Both the position numbers and the translations under genes were made by a program. Shown here piece after piece: positions 54,766 through 63,850 of a DNA stretch of 64,000 bases. Numbering within the stretch: position 1 is the first letter of the stretch; every line of letters begins with the position of its first letter. This DNA is from Clostridiales bacterium (GTDB lineage Bacteria > Bacillota > Clostridia > Lachnospirales > WQUN01). Location: positions 7,028 through 71,027 of the forward strand of contig JAISGK010000102.1 of NCBI GenBank assembly GCA_031263155.1, in the 5' to 3' direction. Under the pieces are notes generated by a model. That model saw nothing but the letters and a program-made list of their open reading frames with translations. It had not been told where the DNA came from and ran no database searches.

Positions 54766-57525
54766 ATGCGCCCTAAAAGAATTATACTCTTCGCGTTTGC
54801 AATCATATTCGCGATGACAATCGCCCTCATACGCGTAAACGACACCCACGCCGCCGAATCAACAGACCCAGGGTCATCTTCCGGGCCATTTAATGTAGGC
54901 GACACTCGTCTGTTTCAATTTTATAAGATTACATCTGCTACAAAATATCTTGCAATAATGGCGAATTTGGCTGCCCAGCATGGCGGCATAAACATTTGGG
55001 TGCTTGATGACGCGGACTATCATAATAAAACGAACACAGCTCATTCAAATGCGTGCAGGCTTCGCGATATTAATACAGAATTCGCCAATCACTTAGCAAA
55101 AAGGTTTGACGAAGTTTTTGCCGAGCTTGACTCCATTGCGCAATATTCGGGAGTGGTGACAAACGCCAACCTGTCCTCAATTGGCGTAACTGATGTGGGA
55201 GACCTGGGTAATGACGGTGCGCTTAACTGCCTACTGTATGACATCAAGGGCGACAGCGGCAAAGAGAGTGATGACTATCAAGCGGCTGTGTTTGACCGCA
55301 AAGACTACGCGCCAGGAACTTCTGGAGGTACGATAGAATACAGCAAGCTGGATATGATACATATAGACATTGGCAATCGCGGGTATACAGCTCTTACCGA
55401 TGGCAATGAGGAAATGATTGAAGCGTTTGCGCGTGAGCTTTTTAACATGTGTTTCTTTGTGCGTTTTGAGGCTCATAAAAACCAGCCAACCGATGAAATA
55501 ACCCAATTGTTGAGCGAGGCGTTAGCGCACTTGTTTGTGGCGCGCTTGAGTGCGGAGCGGGCAGAAACAACATTGCCAGACACCCCATATTGGAACGAAA
55601 ACATATTGATTTCTGATGCGGCTACCAACACTTATAATAACCCCAATCCATACAGTGAATTTTTCAGATATAACTGTGATAAAAATTATGCCTTGGCGGT
55701 GCTGTTCGCTAAATGGTCAACCAGATACCCGGATTTTATGCCGAGCATTATTACATATGTGCAGCAAAAATATATCCCCGATCCAAAGCCGTTGGATGAG
55801 GTAAAGGTTACGGATCTTTACGCCGCGATGGGCGATATGCTAAAGGCCGCAACCGATATTGGCACGGGTGGCGAGGACACCCTTAAACAGATCTATTTCG
55901 CTTTTATGGAAACATTCGCGGCGGATGGCGGCACGGTGTACGGAATAGATGAGACTTATGAAACACAGCCGTTGGGAGCTTTGGCAGAGGGCGGGCTGTG
56001 GGCGTACAGAATTAATGACGATACGATTAAAAGCATAGTCAGCGAAGATAAAATCAACGATAAAATTAACGAGGATGAAGCGCTCGTAGATAAAATCAGC
56101 TTGAAGGGCTATCCTGATAATTTGACCCTTGGCCCCTCGCACGAGAAGTTTTATAAGCTCGTGCCAGATGAGGAAGGCTTACCTCTTTTGACAATAAATG
56201 CGCCTATATCTGGTGACGAACGCTATTATATAGCAATACCAAGGGAAAATGGAGGCGCGGATTTATACGCGCTTGCCCAAGGAACCGCCAACAATATTAA
56301 CACGCGAGGAAAGGATGCGTATTTATATGTTGTGACGTACAAGCAAGTTGTTGACACGGCCATCACATATTCGTGGGATGAGGTCAAGGAAGAGTTGATT
56401 GATGAACAAGAGGACGATCCAGAGCTGGGCGGAACTGATCCAACGGAGCCGGATGATGAGCAAGGCGGAATTGATCCAGCGGAGCCAGATGATGAGCAAG
56501 GCGGAGCAGATCCAGCGGAGCCAGATGATGAGCAAGGCAGAGTAGATCCAGCAGGGCCGGACGACGAGCAGATCGGAGCAGATCCAACGGAACCGGACGA
56601 CGAGCAGATCAGAGCAGATCCAACGGAACCGGACGACGAGCAGATCGGAGCAGATCCAACGGAACCGGACGACGAGCAGATCGGAGCAGATCCAGCGGAG
56701 CCGGATGATGAGCAAGGCGCATCGGTAACACCCGAAAAAATCACCACAATAGACCCCTCACCCGGCCCGGCTAACGAACCTGCTTCAAGCGTGACAGCAA
56801 GCCGCTCTTCGACCACACCAGCGCCATCAAAAAATCTATTGTCGTCGGTTTACGATACCGCAAGTAGTGCTGAATTGGCGCAGACTTTGCTATCAAGCCC
56901 GGTTATACCGTCGCTGTCATCAGATAACGCGCTAACCATAGCAGGCGACATAGCAAAAATGTTGCACAACCTCGGCTTGTTCGTCGGGGATACGACCAGT
57001 GAAACTACCCCTGTTTACCGTCTAGAGCAACCGCTTTCGCGCATAGAGTCTCTTTCCCTGCTCATTCGTTTGTTGGGGCTGGAACAATTGGCAATCGCCT
57101 ATGATGGGAGTTGCCCCTTTAACGATGTGCCGGTTTGGGGACAAAGCGTCGCGGCATTCGCGAATGTTCACGGCATTGCGTTTGGTGTCGATGACGATCA
57201 ATTCGACGCGTCGAGGTCTATTACGTACAAAGAATTTACCGCTATGCTACTGCGAGCGTTGGGTTACACCGAACAGCAGGGTGACTTTGATTTTAATAGC
57301 GCTGTTGATTACGCCGTTAAGATAAATCTGCAAAGCCTGTCAAGGCGCGATATATTTGATACAACCTATCTGCGCGCGTATGCCGTTATAGAAATGTCAG
57401 ACGCGCTATTGGCCAATGAAAAAGGGAGCGGGCCGCGTTTGATTGATCGTCTTGTCAATTCTGGCGCTATCACATTAGAGCAAGCGGAAAATTTTATATC
57501 ACAAATTGCCGCTATTCGCGCTTGA
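54766..57525 (+). CDS. Secreted SLH-domain cell-wall protein with an acidic tandem-repeat linker
   Basis: Signal peptide (MRPKRIILFAFAIIFAMTIALIRVNDTHA/AE), a ~550-aa N-domain of unknown family, 8 x 12-aa DP(T/A)EPDDEQxGx repeats and a P/S/T-rich linker. The C-terminus has SLH-like repeats (FNDVPVWGQSVAAFANVHGIAFGVDDDQFDASRSITYKEFTAMLLRALG). Confidence 0.75.
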   Translation: MRPKRIILFAFAIIFAMTIALIRVNDTHAAESTDPGSSSGPFNVGDTRLFQFYKITSATKYLAIMANLAAQHGGINIWVLDDADYHNKTNTAHSNACRLRDINTEFANHLAKRFDEVFAELDSIAQYSGVVTNANLSSIGVTDVGDLGNDGALNCLLYDIKGDSGKESDDYQAAVFDRKDYAPGTSGGTIEYSKLDMIHIDIGNRGYTALTDGNEEMIEAFARELFNMCFFVRFEAHKNQPTDEITQLLSEALAHLFVARLSAERAETTLPDTPYWNENILISDAATNTYNNPNPYSEFFRYNCDKNYALAVLFAKWSTRYPDFMPSIITYVQQKYIPDPKPLDEVKVTDLYAAMGDMLKAATDIGTGGEDTLKQIYFAFMETFAADGGTVYGIDETYETQPLGALAEGGLWAYRINDDTIKSIVSEDKINDKINEDEALVDKISLKGYPDNLTLGPSHEKFYKLVPDEEGLPLLTINAPISGDERYYIAIPRENGGADLYALAQGTANNINTRGKDAYLYVVTYKQVVDTAITYSWDEVKEELIDEQEDDPELGGTDPTEPDDEQGGIDPAEPDDEQGGADPAEPDDEQGRVDPAGPDDEQIGADPTEPDDEQIRADPTEPDDEQIGADPTEPDDEQIGADPAEPDDEQGASVTPEKITTIDPSPGPANEPASSVTASRSSTTPAPSKNLLSSVYDTASSAELAQTLLSSPVIPSLSSDNALTIAGDIAKMLHNLGLFVGDTTSETTPVYRLEQPLSRIESLSLLIRLLGLEQLAIAYDGSCPFNDVPVWGQSVAAFANVHGIAFGVDDDQFDASRSITYKEFTAMLLRALGYTEQQGDFDFNSAVDYAVKINLQSLSRRDIFDTTYLRAYAVIEMSDALLANEKGSGPRLIDRLVNSGAITLEQAENFISQIAAIRA
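56437..56724 (+). repeat. 8 x 36-bp in-frame tandem repeat inside the SLH-protein gene
   Basis: Units start at 56437 + 36n. Units 6 and 7 are identical (gatccaacggaaccggacgacgagcagatcggagca) and unit 5 differs from them by 1 nt. Confidence 0.92.
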
Positions 57526-57684
57526 TTGAGATGAAGCCGCTACAGCCAGGGCAATAGAATTTACTTTTCAAGCCAAAAACGACTGATATAATAAACCAAG
57601 GGCACAAAAAAGAATATACAAAAGATATAAGAAAAAATACAACTAAATCTGAAAGACCTACGTAGACCATATGGGGACTTAGAG

Positions 57685-57716
57685 CCTATCCCACAAAATC
57701 CTTATTGTGGGATAGG
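57685..57716. terminator. Bidirectional hairpin terminator between convergent genes
   Basis: cctatcccacaa-aatcctta-ttgtgggatagg forms a perfect 12-bp stem. It lies between the + gene ending at 57525 and the - gene ending at 57736. Confidence 0.6.
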
Positions 57717-57735
57717 TTCTTGATCATTGCCCATT

Positions 57736-58230
57736 TCATCCGAACAGTTTAACGAAATCAGCATAGCGATTTTCAGATTTCAGCAGCTTCGCCAATATAT
57801 CCCTCACCGCCCCTCGACCGCCATTGAGTTTACTTATATAATCGCATATCGCCTTTATTTCTTCCACAGCGTCCGCCGGACAGGCTTTCCATCCACAGAG
57901 ATCCATTGCGGCGTAATCGTTTAAGTCATTGCCAATGTAGGCGACTGCGGCAAATCTAATGCCAAGTTCTCCGCACAATTCACGCAAGGCGACGACTTTG
58001 TCGCCAATGCCGTGGTACAACTTTGTAATCCTCAAGTCTCGAGCGCGAACCTCAACAGGCGAGGAAATACGGCCTGTTATTATCGCCGTAACGTAGCCCA
58101 ACGCTGGCAATTGGCGTATTATCAGGCCATCCGCGTCACTAAAACATTTTGTTTCAATGCCGCCATCGGATATAATTATTCCGCCGTCTGTCAGCGTTCC
58201 GTCAACATCAAATACAATCAGCTTTATCAT
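57736..58230 (-). CDS. KdsC/YrbI-family HAD-IIIA phosphatase (ulosonate-phosphate phosphatase-like)
   Basis: 164 aa: LIVFDVDGTLTDG...ITGR...YIGNDLNDY...NGGRGAVRD. The start overlaps the upstream stop by 4 nt. Confidence 0.85.
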   Translation of the reverse strand: MIKLIVFDVDGTLTDGGIIISDGGIETKCFSDADGLIIRQLPALGYVTAIITGRISSPVEVRARDLRITKLYHGIGDKVVALRELCGELGIRFAAVAYIGNDLNDYAAMDLCGWKACPADAVEEIKAICDYISKLNGGRGAVRDILAKLLKSENRYADFVKLFG

Positions 58231-59768
58231 ATCCTATAGGCTGTTGGTGTTACAAAATTTAGCTTCATACGCTTATGTATCTTCCTTAATTGAGTTTCCA
58301 TATTTTCGTTCAGGTTTTCAATAGCCTCGCCCGAAAGATAGTTGTCATAGGTTTTGCCATAATAGTTAGTCCCCGCCGAAAATCCGTCATAGCCCGCAAG
58401 CGCGGCGGACTTTATATCAAGCTGTATCAATAAGCGCAATGCCATTAGTCCCGACGAGTCTGAGCTGCCTGAACGAAGCGAGTCATAATCAATCACAAAC
58501 GCGTTTTGCGCGTCAATGTTGGACGAAACAATCACAGGGATTTCATTTCTTCTTAGCTGGCCGTAGCGCCTTTGGTTGCCAATAAATACCAAATCCGGCG
58601 TAAATTGCTCCGGCACGAAGTTGACGCTGATTACAAACGAGTTAGTTGCGGCAATATATTTGCCAATTGAATCCGCATGTGTTTTTACGGAACTGCCGGG
58701 AACCGCAACTAATACAGCGCGTACGCCTATGATTTCACGTAGATTCTTCAAAGCCACCGCGTCATTGGTAGTGTGCCGCATATCGGCGAAATAGACTTCC
58801 TCAATAAGCGATTTTTTGAACAAATGCCTGTTATTCTGTGGCAAAACATCAAGCAGTCTACTGATCTTTGCCATACTCATAGATTGTTTGTCAATCAGGT
58901 AAGACGCGTAATTTGGGTGGACCCCACGAATTGCCGCCATATAGTACGGCTCGCTGAATCCCCATGGCGTGTACTTGTAAATGGGCAGAATAATCTCATC
59001 CATTAAGTCAAGCAATGGCGTTATATTGTAGCGGTTCTCAATATTACTGTTTATATAGTGCGTGATTAGCTCCGTATTCAGGTTTCCCGCGCCGCGTCCC
59101 ATTCCGAAAATGGAACTGTCAATGATTAAATATCTTTGCGTGTGAAGCTCCAGTAAACTCATTGCGTTGGAAAACGACAGCTGCATATTGTTGTGCGAGT
59201 GAAAACCTAACGCGATGCCGTCCGCTAAATTATGCTCTACGAGGAAAAACAGCCGCATTAAATCATTCTTGTACATTGAGCCGAGCGTATCAACGAGATA
59301 GAATGCGAACGGCTTTAGTTCGTTTACTTGCTTTATAAGCGCAAGAAGCTCTTCATCTGTATATGACAGCGTTCCGACAGGTTGGATAAAGACCTTATAG
59401 CCCTTATCCATAAGATTTTGGGCTAACGCTTTTGTTTCTTCCCATTCGGAATTGTGAAATGTCAGCCGAATCCCGTCAATATAATCAGACTGTCTTTTTG
59501 CGATTTCGCTGGCGCTAATATCACCGAACGCAATCATCGCCACAAACATTTGCGCGTCGCGATTAGGAGGCAGCTTTATTTGTTCTGCCGCGCCATACAA
59601 CGAGCGCTCCGGGTCATTCTTGCCAGACTGTAAAAAGCCACACTCAATAATATCAATGTTCGCATCGCAAAACCCACTCTTGATTTTTTCAATAGTGCTT
59701 GCGCCGAAATTGAAATCGTTTACATATCCGCCGTCGCGGAGAGTGCAGTCTAAAACGTTGATTCTCAA
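58227..59768 (-). CDS. DmpG/HMGL-like aldolase-domain protein with an extra ~200-aa C-terminal domain
   Basis: N-terminal TIM-barrel motifs DCTLRDGGY, GFHSHNN (HxH) and GMGRGAGN. The C-terminal third (…VLVAVPGSSVKTHADSIGKYIAATNSFVISVNF…) is of a family I do not recognise. Confidence 0.75.
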   Translation of the reverse strand: MRINVLDCTLRDGGYVNDFNFGASTIEKIKSGFCDANIDIIECGFLQSGKNDPERSLYGAAEQIKLPPNRDAQMFVAMIAFGDISASEIAKRQSDYIDGIRLTFHNSEWEETKALAQNLMDKGYKVFIQPVGTLSYTDEELLALIKQVNELKPFAFYLVDTLGSMYKNDLMRLFFLVEHNLADGIALGFHSHNNMQLSFSNAMSLLELHTQRYLIIDSSIFGMGRGAGNLNTELITHYINSNIENRYNITPLLDLMDEIILPIYKYTPWGFSEPYYMAAIRGVHPNYASYLIDKQSMSMAKISRLLDVLPQNNRHLFKKSLIEEVYFADMRHTTNDAVALKNLREIIGVRAVLVAVPGSSVKTHADSIGKYIAATNSFVISVNFVPEQFTPDLVFIGNQRRYGQLRRNEIPVIVSSNIDAQNAFVIDYDSLRSGSSDSSGLMALRLLIQLDIKSAALAGYDGFSAGTNYYGKTYDNYLSGEAIENLNENMETQLRKIHKRMKLNFVTPTAYRI

Positions 59769-59828
59769 ATCACAATCTCCCCTTTGCTGATTTTGCCTTG
59801 AGTAATTTGCCGTACATATTCTAAATGA

Positions 59829-60470
59829 TTACAACTCGGGTGGGGGGAGCGCTTGCGCTAGTTCAAAGTCGACTTGCTCATTTATGTCAATCGCTTCGAG
59901 TTTTGATACTTCAACCAGCATTGGTTTGTTTCCGATTCTGCTTCCGTTTTCCGTTATCAGCTCTCGCTTGAAAATATAGAAGCCTGTAGTTTCAATAAAG
60001 AACGGGTCCAAATCTTGCGTTCGCGGAATATCTCGCGTGTCGTAATTGGGCTTGCCGTCTTGCCACAAAAACTCGTTGTGTTTTGTCACAGAGAAGGAGC
60101 AATCGTATTCGCCGCTCACAATGGCATTTATACCTTTCTCAACGCTTTCCGCTGACGTATAGGGGGCGGTTGCATGCATTAACGCGTACACGTCAGCGGG
60201 AACAGCTTGAACAAACTCGGATATGACCGCAGTAATGCTGGTGTTTGACAAGTCTAAATACTCGGCGCGCTTCAACAATTTCACACCCTGCGGTAAGTAA
60301 TCGCAGATTCCTTCGTTACTGCACCAAACGTACACCGAATCAAATGAGCGTACTTTTAACGCTGTCTCCAAAATGTAGCTTATCAGCGGCTTGTTGTGGA
60401 GCAGCTTTATGTTTTTGCCCGGCAATCGCTCGTTATTCAGCTTTATTGGGATAAAAGCAATTGTTTTCAT
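59829..60470 (-). CDS. CTP_transf_3 (NeuA/KdsB-type) cytidylyltransferase
   Basis: MKTIAFIPIKLNNERLPGKNIKLL... is the typical N-terminal P-loop-like motif of acylneuraminate/Kdo cytidylyltransferases. 213 aa. Confidence 0.85.
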   Translation of the reverse strand: MKTIAFIPIKLNNERLPGKNIKLLHNKPLISYILETALKVRSFDSVYVWCSNEGICDYLPQGVKLLKRAEYLDLSNTSITAVISEFVQAVPADVYALMHATAPYTSAESVEKGINAIVSGEYDCSFSVTKHNEFLWQDGKPNYDTRDIPRTQDLDPFFIETTGFYIFKRELITENGSRIGNKPMLVEVSKLEAIDINEQVDFELAQALPPPEL

Positions 60471-60472
60471 TT

Positions 60473-63400
60473 CTATCCTCGCTCGCCTCCAAATACAAAA
60501 TCTTCGGATGTTTTTCGATTCTCCGCCATTTTTATCAGCGCGACAGCATCTGTATACGGCAGTCCATAACGTTTTTTACGCAGCTGCAAATCGTCAAACA
60601 GGTAATATTTAAGCAGTTGCGCGCAATGGCGTTCAAAAGCCGCAATTTGCTGAGTTGCGCGCTTATTCTCCAACACCGTTTTTATTGTCGGCTCTATCAG
60701 TTCGATTTTAAGCGCCTCATACGCACAACCCTGACCAATCAGAGTACTCTTGCCCAACAAGACAACGGGGTAACCTCTCACAAGCGCGTTGTACGACACG
60801 CTCGTCGCAATGCAAATGATTACATCGCTTACAGCAAACATATCGTACAGGCTACCCTGCGGTAAATAGATGACATTCTTAGGCGGTAAGTGTAATTTAG
60901 GTAAGTATGAGTGTGATGCCGCAACTGTTATCGGGTGAGGCTTGTATATCAAATTCCAATTGTTTTTCTCCGCCAGTCTCGCAAGGAACCGCATAGCCTC
61001 ATCTGATGAGTCGAACATAGGCGATATGCCTCCTTTGCCCTCGTGCCAAAACTTCGGCATTCCAGCTTCCGCATCCAATTCGCCAGCGTAAAGTAAAGTT
61101 GGTCTAGAGCGGTCAATTGAGGTAAGTTTATCCGCAACTTCTGGCAATGACTGTTGTTTGTACCTGTTGGAATTGTTTGATTGCCACCCTGAAATCAACT
61201 CGCGCGCGCGCTCTATTTCTTCGTCGCAGACAGGCAAAGCGGCAAAACGGTCGGGGAATTTTCCAATTGTACCGAATCCAAGCATACCGAATGTGTCCAT
61301 CAGCATTGTCCCGGGCAACATCCCACTTTCTGAAATTACAATGGGAATGTTCTTTTCCTGCGCTACAATGCTCGCCGTGTGGTTAAATGGTACAAATTGG
61401 TTCCAACTCCAAAGTACTTTGGATGCGCGAAGTGCCTCGCGCAGATATTTGTACTGGTAGTAAACCAGCACGCTTGCGCTGTTGCCGACATAGTGCCCCG
61501 CGTACCCAACATTCAGTACATCCACGCACTCTTGCAAATCGGGGTGCTGCTTGAAGAATGCCCTTATTTCACTCGGTATTGCTTTTTCAGCGGACGAAAC
61601 GGTGTAGGAGCGAGCAAACTCATCTGGGACATATATTCTGGCAAGTACAGCACTTTTATTAAATCCGCTCATTTGAGGAACTATCGCGCAAGCATCAATG
61701 TTAGGAGCAACAGCGTTTAGCAGTTTAAAAAAGTTTGCGTGCGGCATGCCGACAAATGGCAGTTCGACAGGTGGAGATGAGGTTAATTTCGCGATTGCCG
61801 CCTCTGTTTTGAGGCGTACAGAATCCGCAAACTTTACGTTTTTACCCGACAGTATGCGATAGACTCTTCTTACGGGATGCAGAATATGTAATTTGACGCA
61901 TAGTTTCCAGACATTGACGCGCAGTCTCTCGAAAAACGGCAATGTGGTTGCTGAACTCTTAAACCTGGAACTATACCAAATTGCAAACCGCGTTTCCGAA
62001 TGGTTGTCAAACCGATTGGGATAATACAAATTCCTGATAAATTCCGCGTCGAACCTGTTCGGTGACAGTAGCAAATCATATATGATTTGATAGGCTGACA
62101 ATTGTGAATACGTTATCTTATCAATGTATTTTCCGAACAGTATTGCGAATTGCTCAACGTACTCAATAACTGCGCCTTGAATAGTTTCGATTGAATGTGT
62201 GAATTTAGTTTCTTCCTGTATAAGAATCTCCGGCTCACCGTTTTTGATGCCGACGACCTCCGCGCGCGGGTCTGACATTATAACTTCTGGCAAAATAATA
62301 GCGGGCGATGCTCGTGAAAACATATAATATTCATACTGAACAAACGTATTTTGGCGCACTTTTTTATTGAAGTAAGTGGATGGATTGCCTAAAAGCTGAT
62401 AACTAACAGGGTTGACACCGATATAGTTTGCCACAAAGACAGCCGATGCCGACCGCGAACCGCTGTCGAAAATACCGCAGTTATCGGTACAGATGTTGCT
62501 TAGGTATTGGCGAAATTGATTCGCATAGTCCAATGCGAACGGCTGCCATACCTCTTGCACTTTTGCGCACAACTGCGGGTTTTGTTTAATTCCCACAATT
62601 ATTTTGTCGCCGCGTGAACAGCCGTAAGAATAAAAAATCTTGCGAATCTTTGTTGCTGCCTCATCATCAGTAATGTTAAGGTAATCGCTGATGAATGAAT
62701 CAACGGTAAGTGTCGATATAACATCGTCGTGAATTATGGCTTCAAACAAGCCATTCCGCTTCGAAGCAAAAAATGGGGTGCGCAAGATTCTCGAAAGATA
62801 GGCCGTCTCAATGGAAAACGTATTACTGGAAAAGTACGGCGTTAGAATATCCAGTATCTTTTTGTGCATATACCCGTCGCGGTAAGCGAGAATGAGTTTG
62901 TCGATCTTGTCAATTTTTGCCTGTTCTGCCAGCCACAGCGCCGACGTAATAAACCACGGCGCGATAAGATAACCGAACTGCCTGGCTTCCCCATTGTAGC
63001 GGCTGTATTTGGGAGTCGGTTTGTACGGGTCGTCAAACATAAAATTAAACGCCAGACCCATCATCATCTGAAATTGAGTTGCTCTAATATTGGCGTGCGA
63101 ATATTTTGTAATTGCTTTCAAGCGCGGATGTTTATTTACACAATCCATTACTTTCATTATAAACTCGGCTTGAAGTCCTTTGCTGCGCGGAATAGTTACA
63201 TCGGATTTCCAATTGTCTCCGATATGAATAATTTCGTTTGTCTTTATTCCGCGTTTGGCAAACTCGCAGATTACTGCGGTCCAAAGATTGCCTGTGCCTT
63301 TGAACAGCCTATATTCACTTGAAATGTATAGTTTTGAGTAGCCGGTGTAACCATTTTTTTCTAACATACGCGCAAGAAATTCAGCGGATAGGTACATATC

Positions 63401-63850
63401 GGAAACAATGATGACTTCTTTATCTGCGTCTAATGCCGCTTGATACAATAACTTAGTGATTTGTCGGGGGTAAGTAAGTTCTAATTCCAAATCTAACTCT
63501 ATGCGCTTTAAACGTTCTGTTTCAACCGGATCAATATTAAACAGATTTGCGTAAACCTCGTATATCAAGCCAAGAGTGACATCTTCATCCTGTGCGTTTT
63601 TATAATACTTCCGCGCTTGAACCTCCGCTGTTATGCGTTTTTGTGGGAAAAACTCAACGTCTGCTATTTGTCCGGCAAGCACAAACATGTCCTGCGGGTC
63701 AAGAACTGGACGTAAAATAAGCGTGTCAAAAATATCAAAACTTACAATTTTTATTTCCGGCGCAAGGATTTTGTCATAAATCCCGCACATTCGCTCCGAC
63801 AATGTGTCATATGTTTTGGTTATTGCCTCGCGCAATTTACTTTCTCCCAT
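60473..63850 (-). CDS. 1125-aa fusion: HAD-superfamily domain(s) plus a C-terminal KpsC/KpsS-like (Capsule_synth) transferase domain
   Basis: N-terminal DxDxT (VSFDIFDTLILRP) and IHIGDNWKSD. The C-terminal ISESGMLPG..., IYKPHP and VIICIATSVSYNALVRGYPVVLLG resemble KpsS FEEGYLRP / KHHP / VVTINSTAGISAL. I place the start at ATG 63850 (MGESKL...). Confidence 0.65.
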   Translation of the reverse strand: MGESKLREAITKTYDTLSERMCGIYDKILAPEIKIVSFDIFDTLILRPVLDPQDMFVLAGQIADVEFFPQKRITAEVQARKYYKNAQDEDVTLGLIYEVYANLFNIDPVETERLKRIELDLELELTYPRQITKLLYQAALDADKEVIIVSDMYLSAEFLARMLEKNGYTGYSKLYISSEYRLFKGTGNLWTAVICEFAKRGIKTNEIIHIGDNWKSDVTIPRSKGLQAEFIMKVMDCVNKHPRLKAITKYSHANIRATQFQMMMGLAFNFMFDDPYKPTPKYSRYNGEARQFGYLIAPWFITSALWLAEQAKIDKIDKLILAYRDGYMHKKILDILTPYFSSNTFSIETAYLSRILRTPFFASKRNGLFEAIIHDDVISTLTVDSFISDYLNITDDEAATKIRKIFYSYGCSRGDKIIVGIKQNPQLCAKVQEVWQPFALDYANQFRQYLSNICTDNCGIFDSGSRSASAVFVANYIGVNPVSYQLLGNPSTYFNKKVRQNTFVQYEYYMFSRASPAIILPEVIMSDPRAEVVGIKNGEPEILIQEETKFTHSIETIQGAVIEYVEQFAILFGKYIDKITYSQLSAYQIIYDLLLSPNRFDAEFIRNLYYPNRFDNHSETRFAIWYSSRFKSSATTLPFFERLRVNVWKLCVKLHILHPVRRVYRILSGKNVKFADSVRLKTEAAIAKLTSSPPVELPFVGMPHANFFKLLNAVAPNIDACAIVPQMSGFNKSAVLARIYVPDEFARSYTVSSAEKAIPSEIRAFFKQHPDLQECVDVLNVGYAGHYVGNSASVLVYYQYKYLREALRASKVLWSWNQFVPFNHTASIVAQEKNIPIVISESGMLPGTMLMDTFGMLGFGTIGKFPDRFAALPVCDEEIERARELISGWQSNNSNRYKQQSLPEVADKLTSIDRSRPTLLYAGELDAEAGMPKFWHEGKGGISPMFDSSDEAMRFLARLAEKNNWNLIYKPHPITVAASHSYLPKLHLPPKNVIYLPQGSLYDMFAVSDVIICIATSVSYNALVRGYPVVLLGKSTLIGQGCAYEALKIELIEPTIKTVLENKRATQQIAAFERHCAQLLKYYLFDDLQLRKKRYGLPYTDAVALIKMAENRKTSEDFVFGGERG

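Noticed and set aside
56226-56816. 196-aa, 130-aa and 67-aa minus-strand ORFs rich in Ser/Gly/Ala or Leu/Arg repeats.
   Set aside because: They are antisense read-through artefacts of the 36-bp tandem repeat in the SLH-protein gene.
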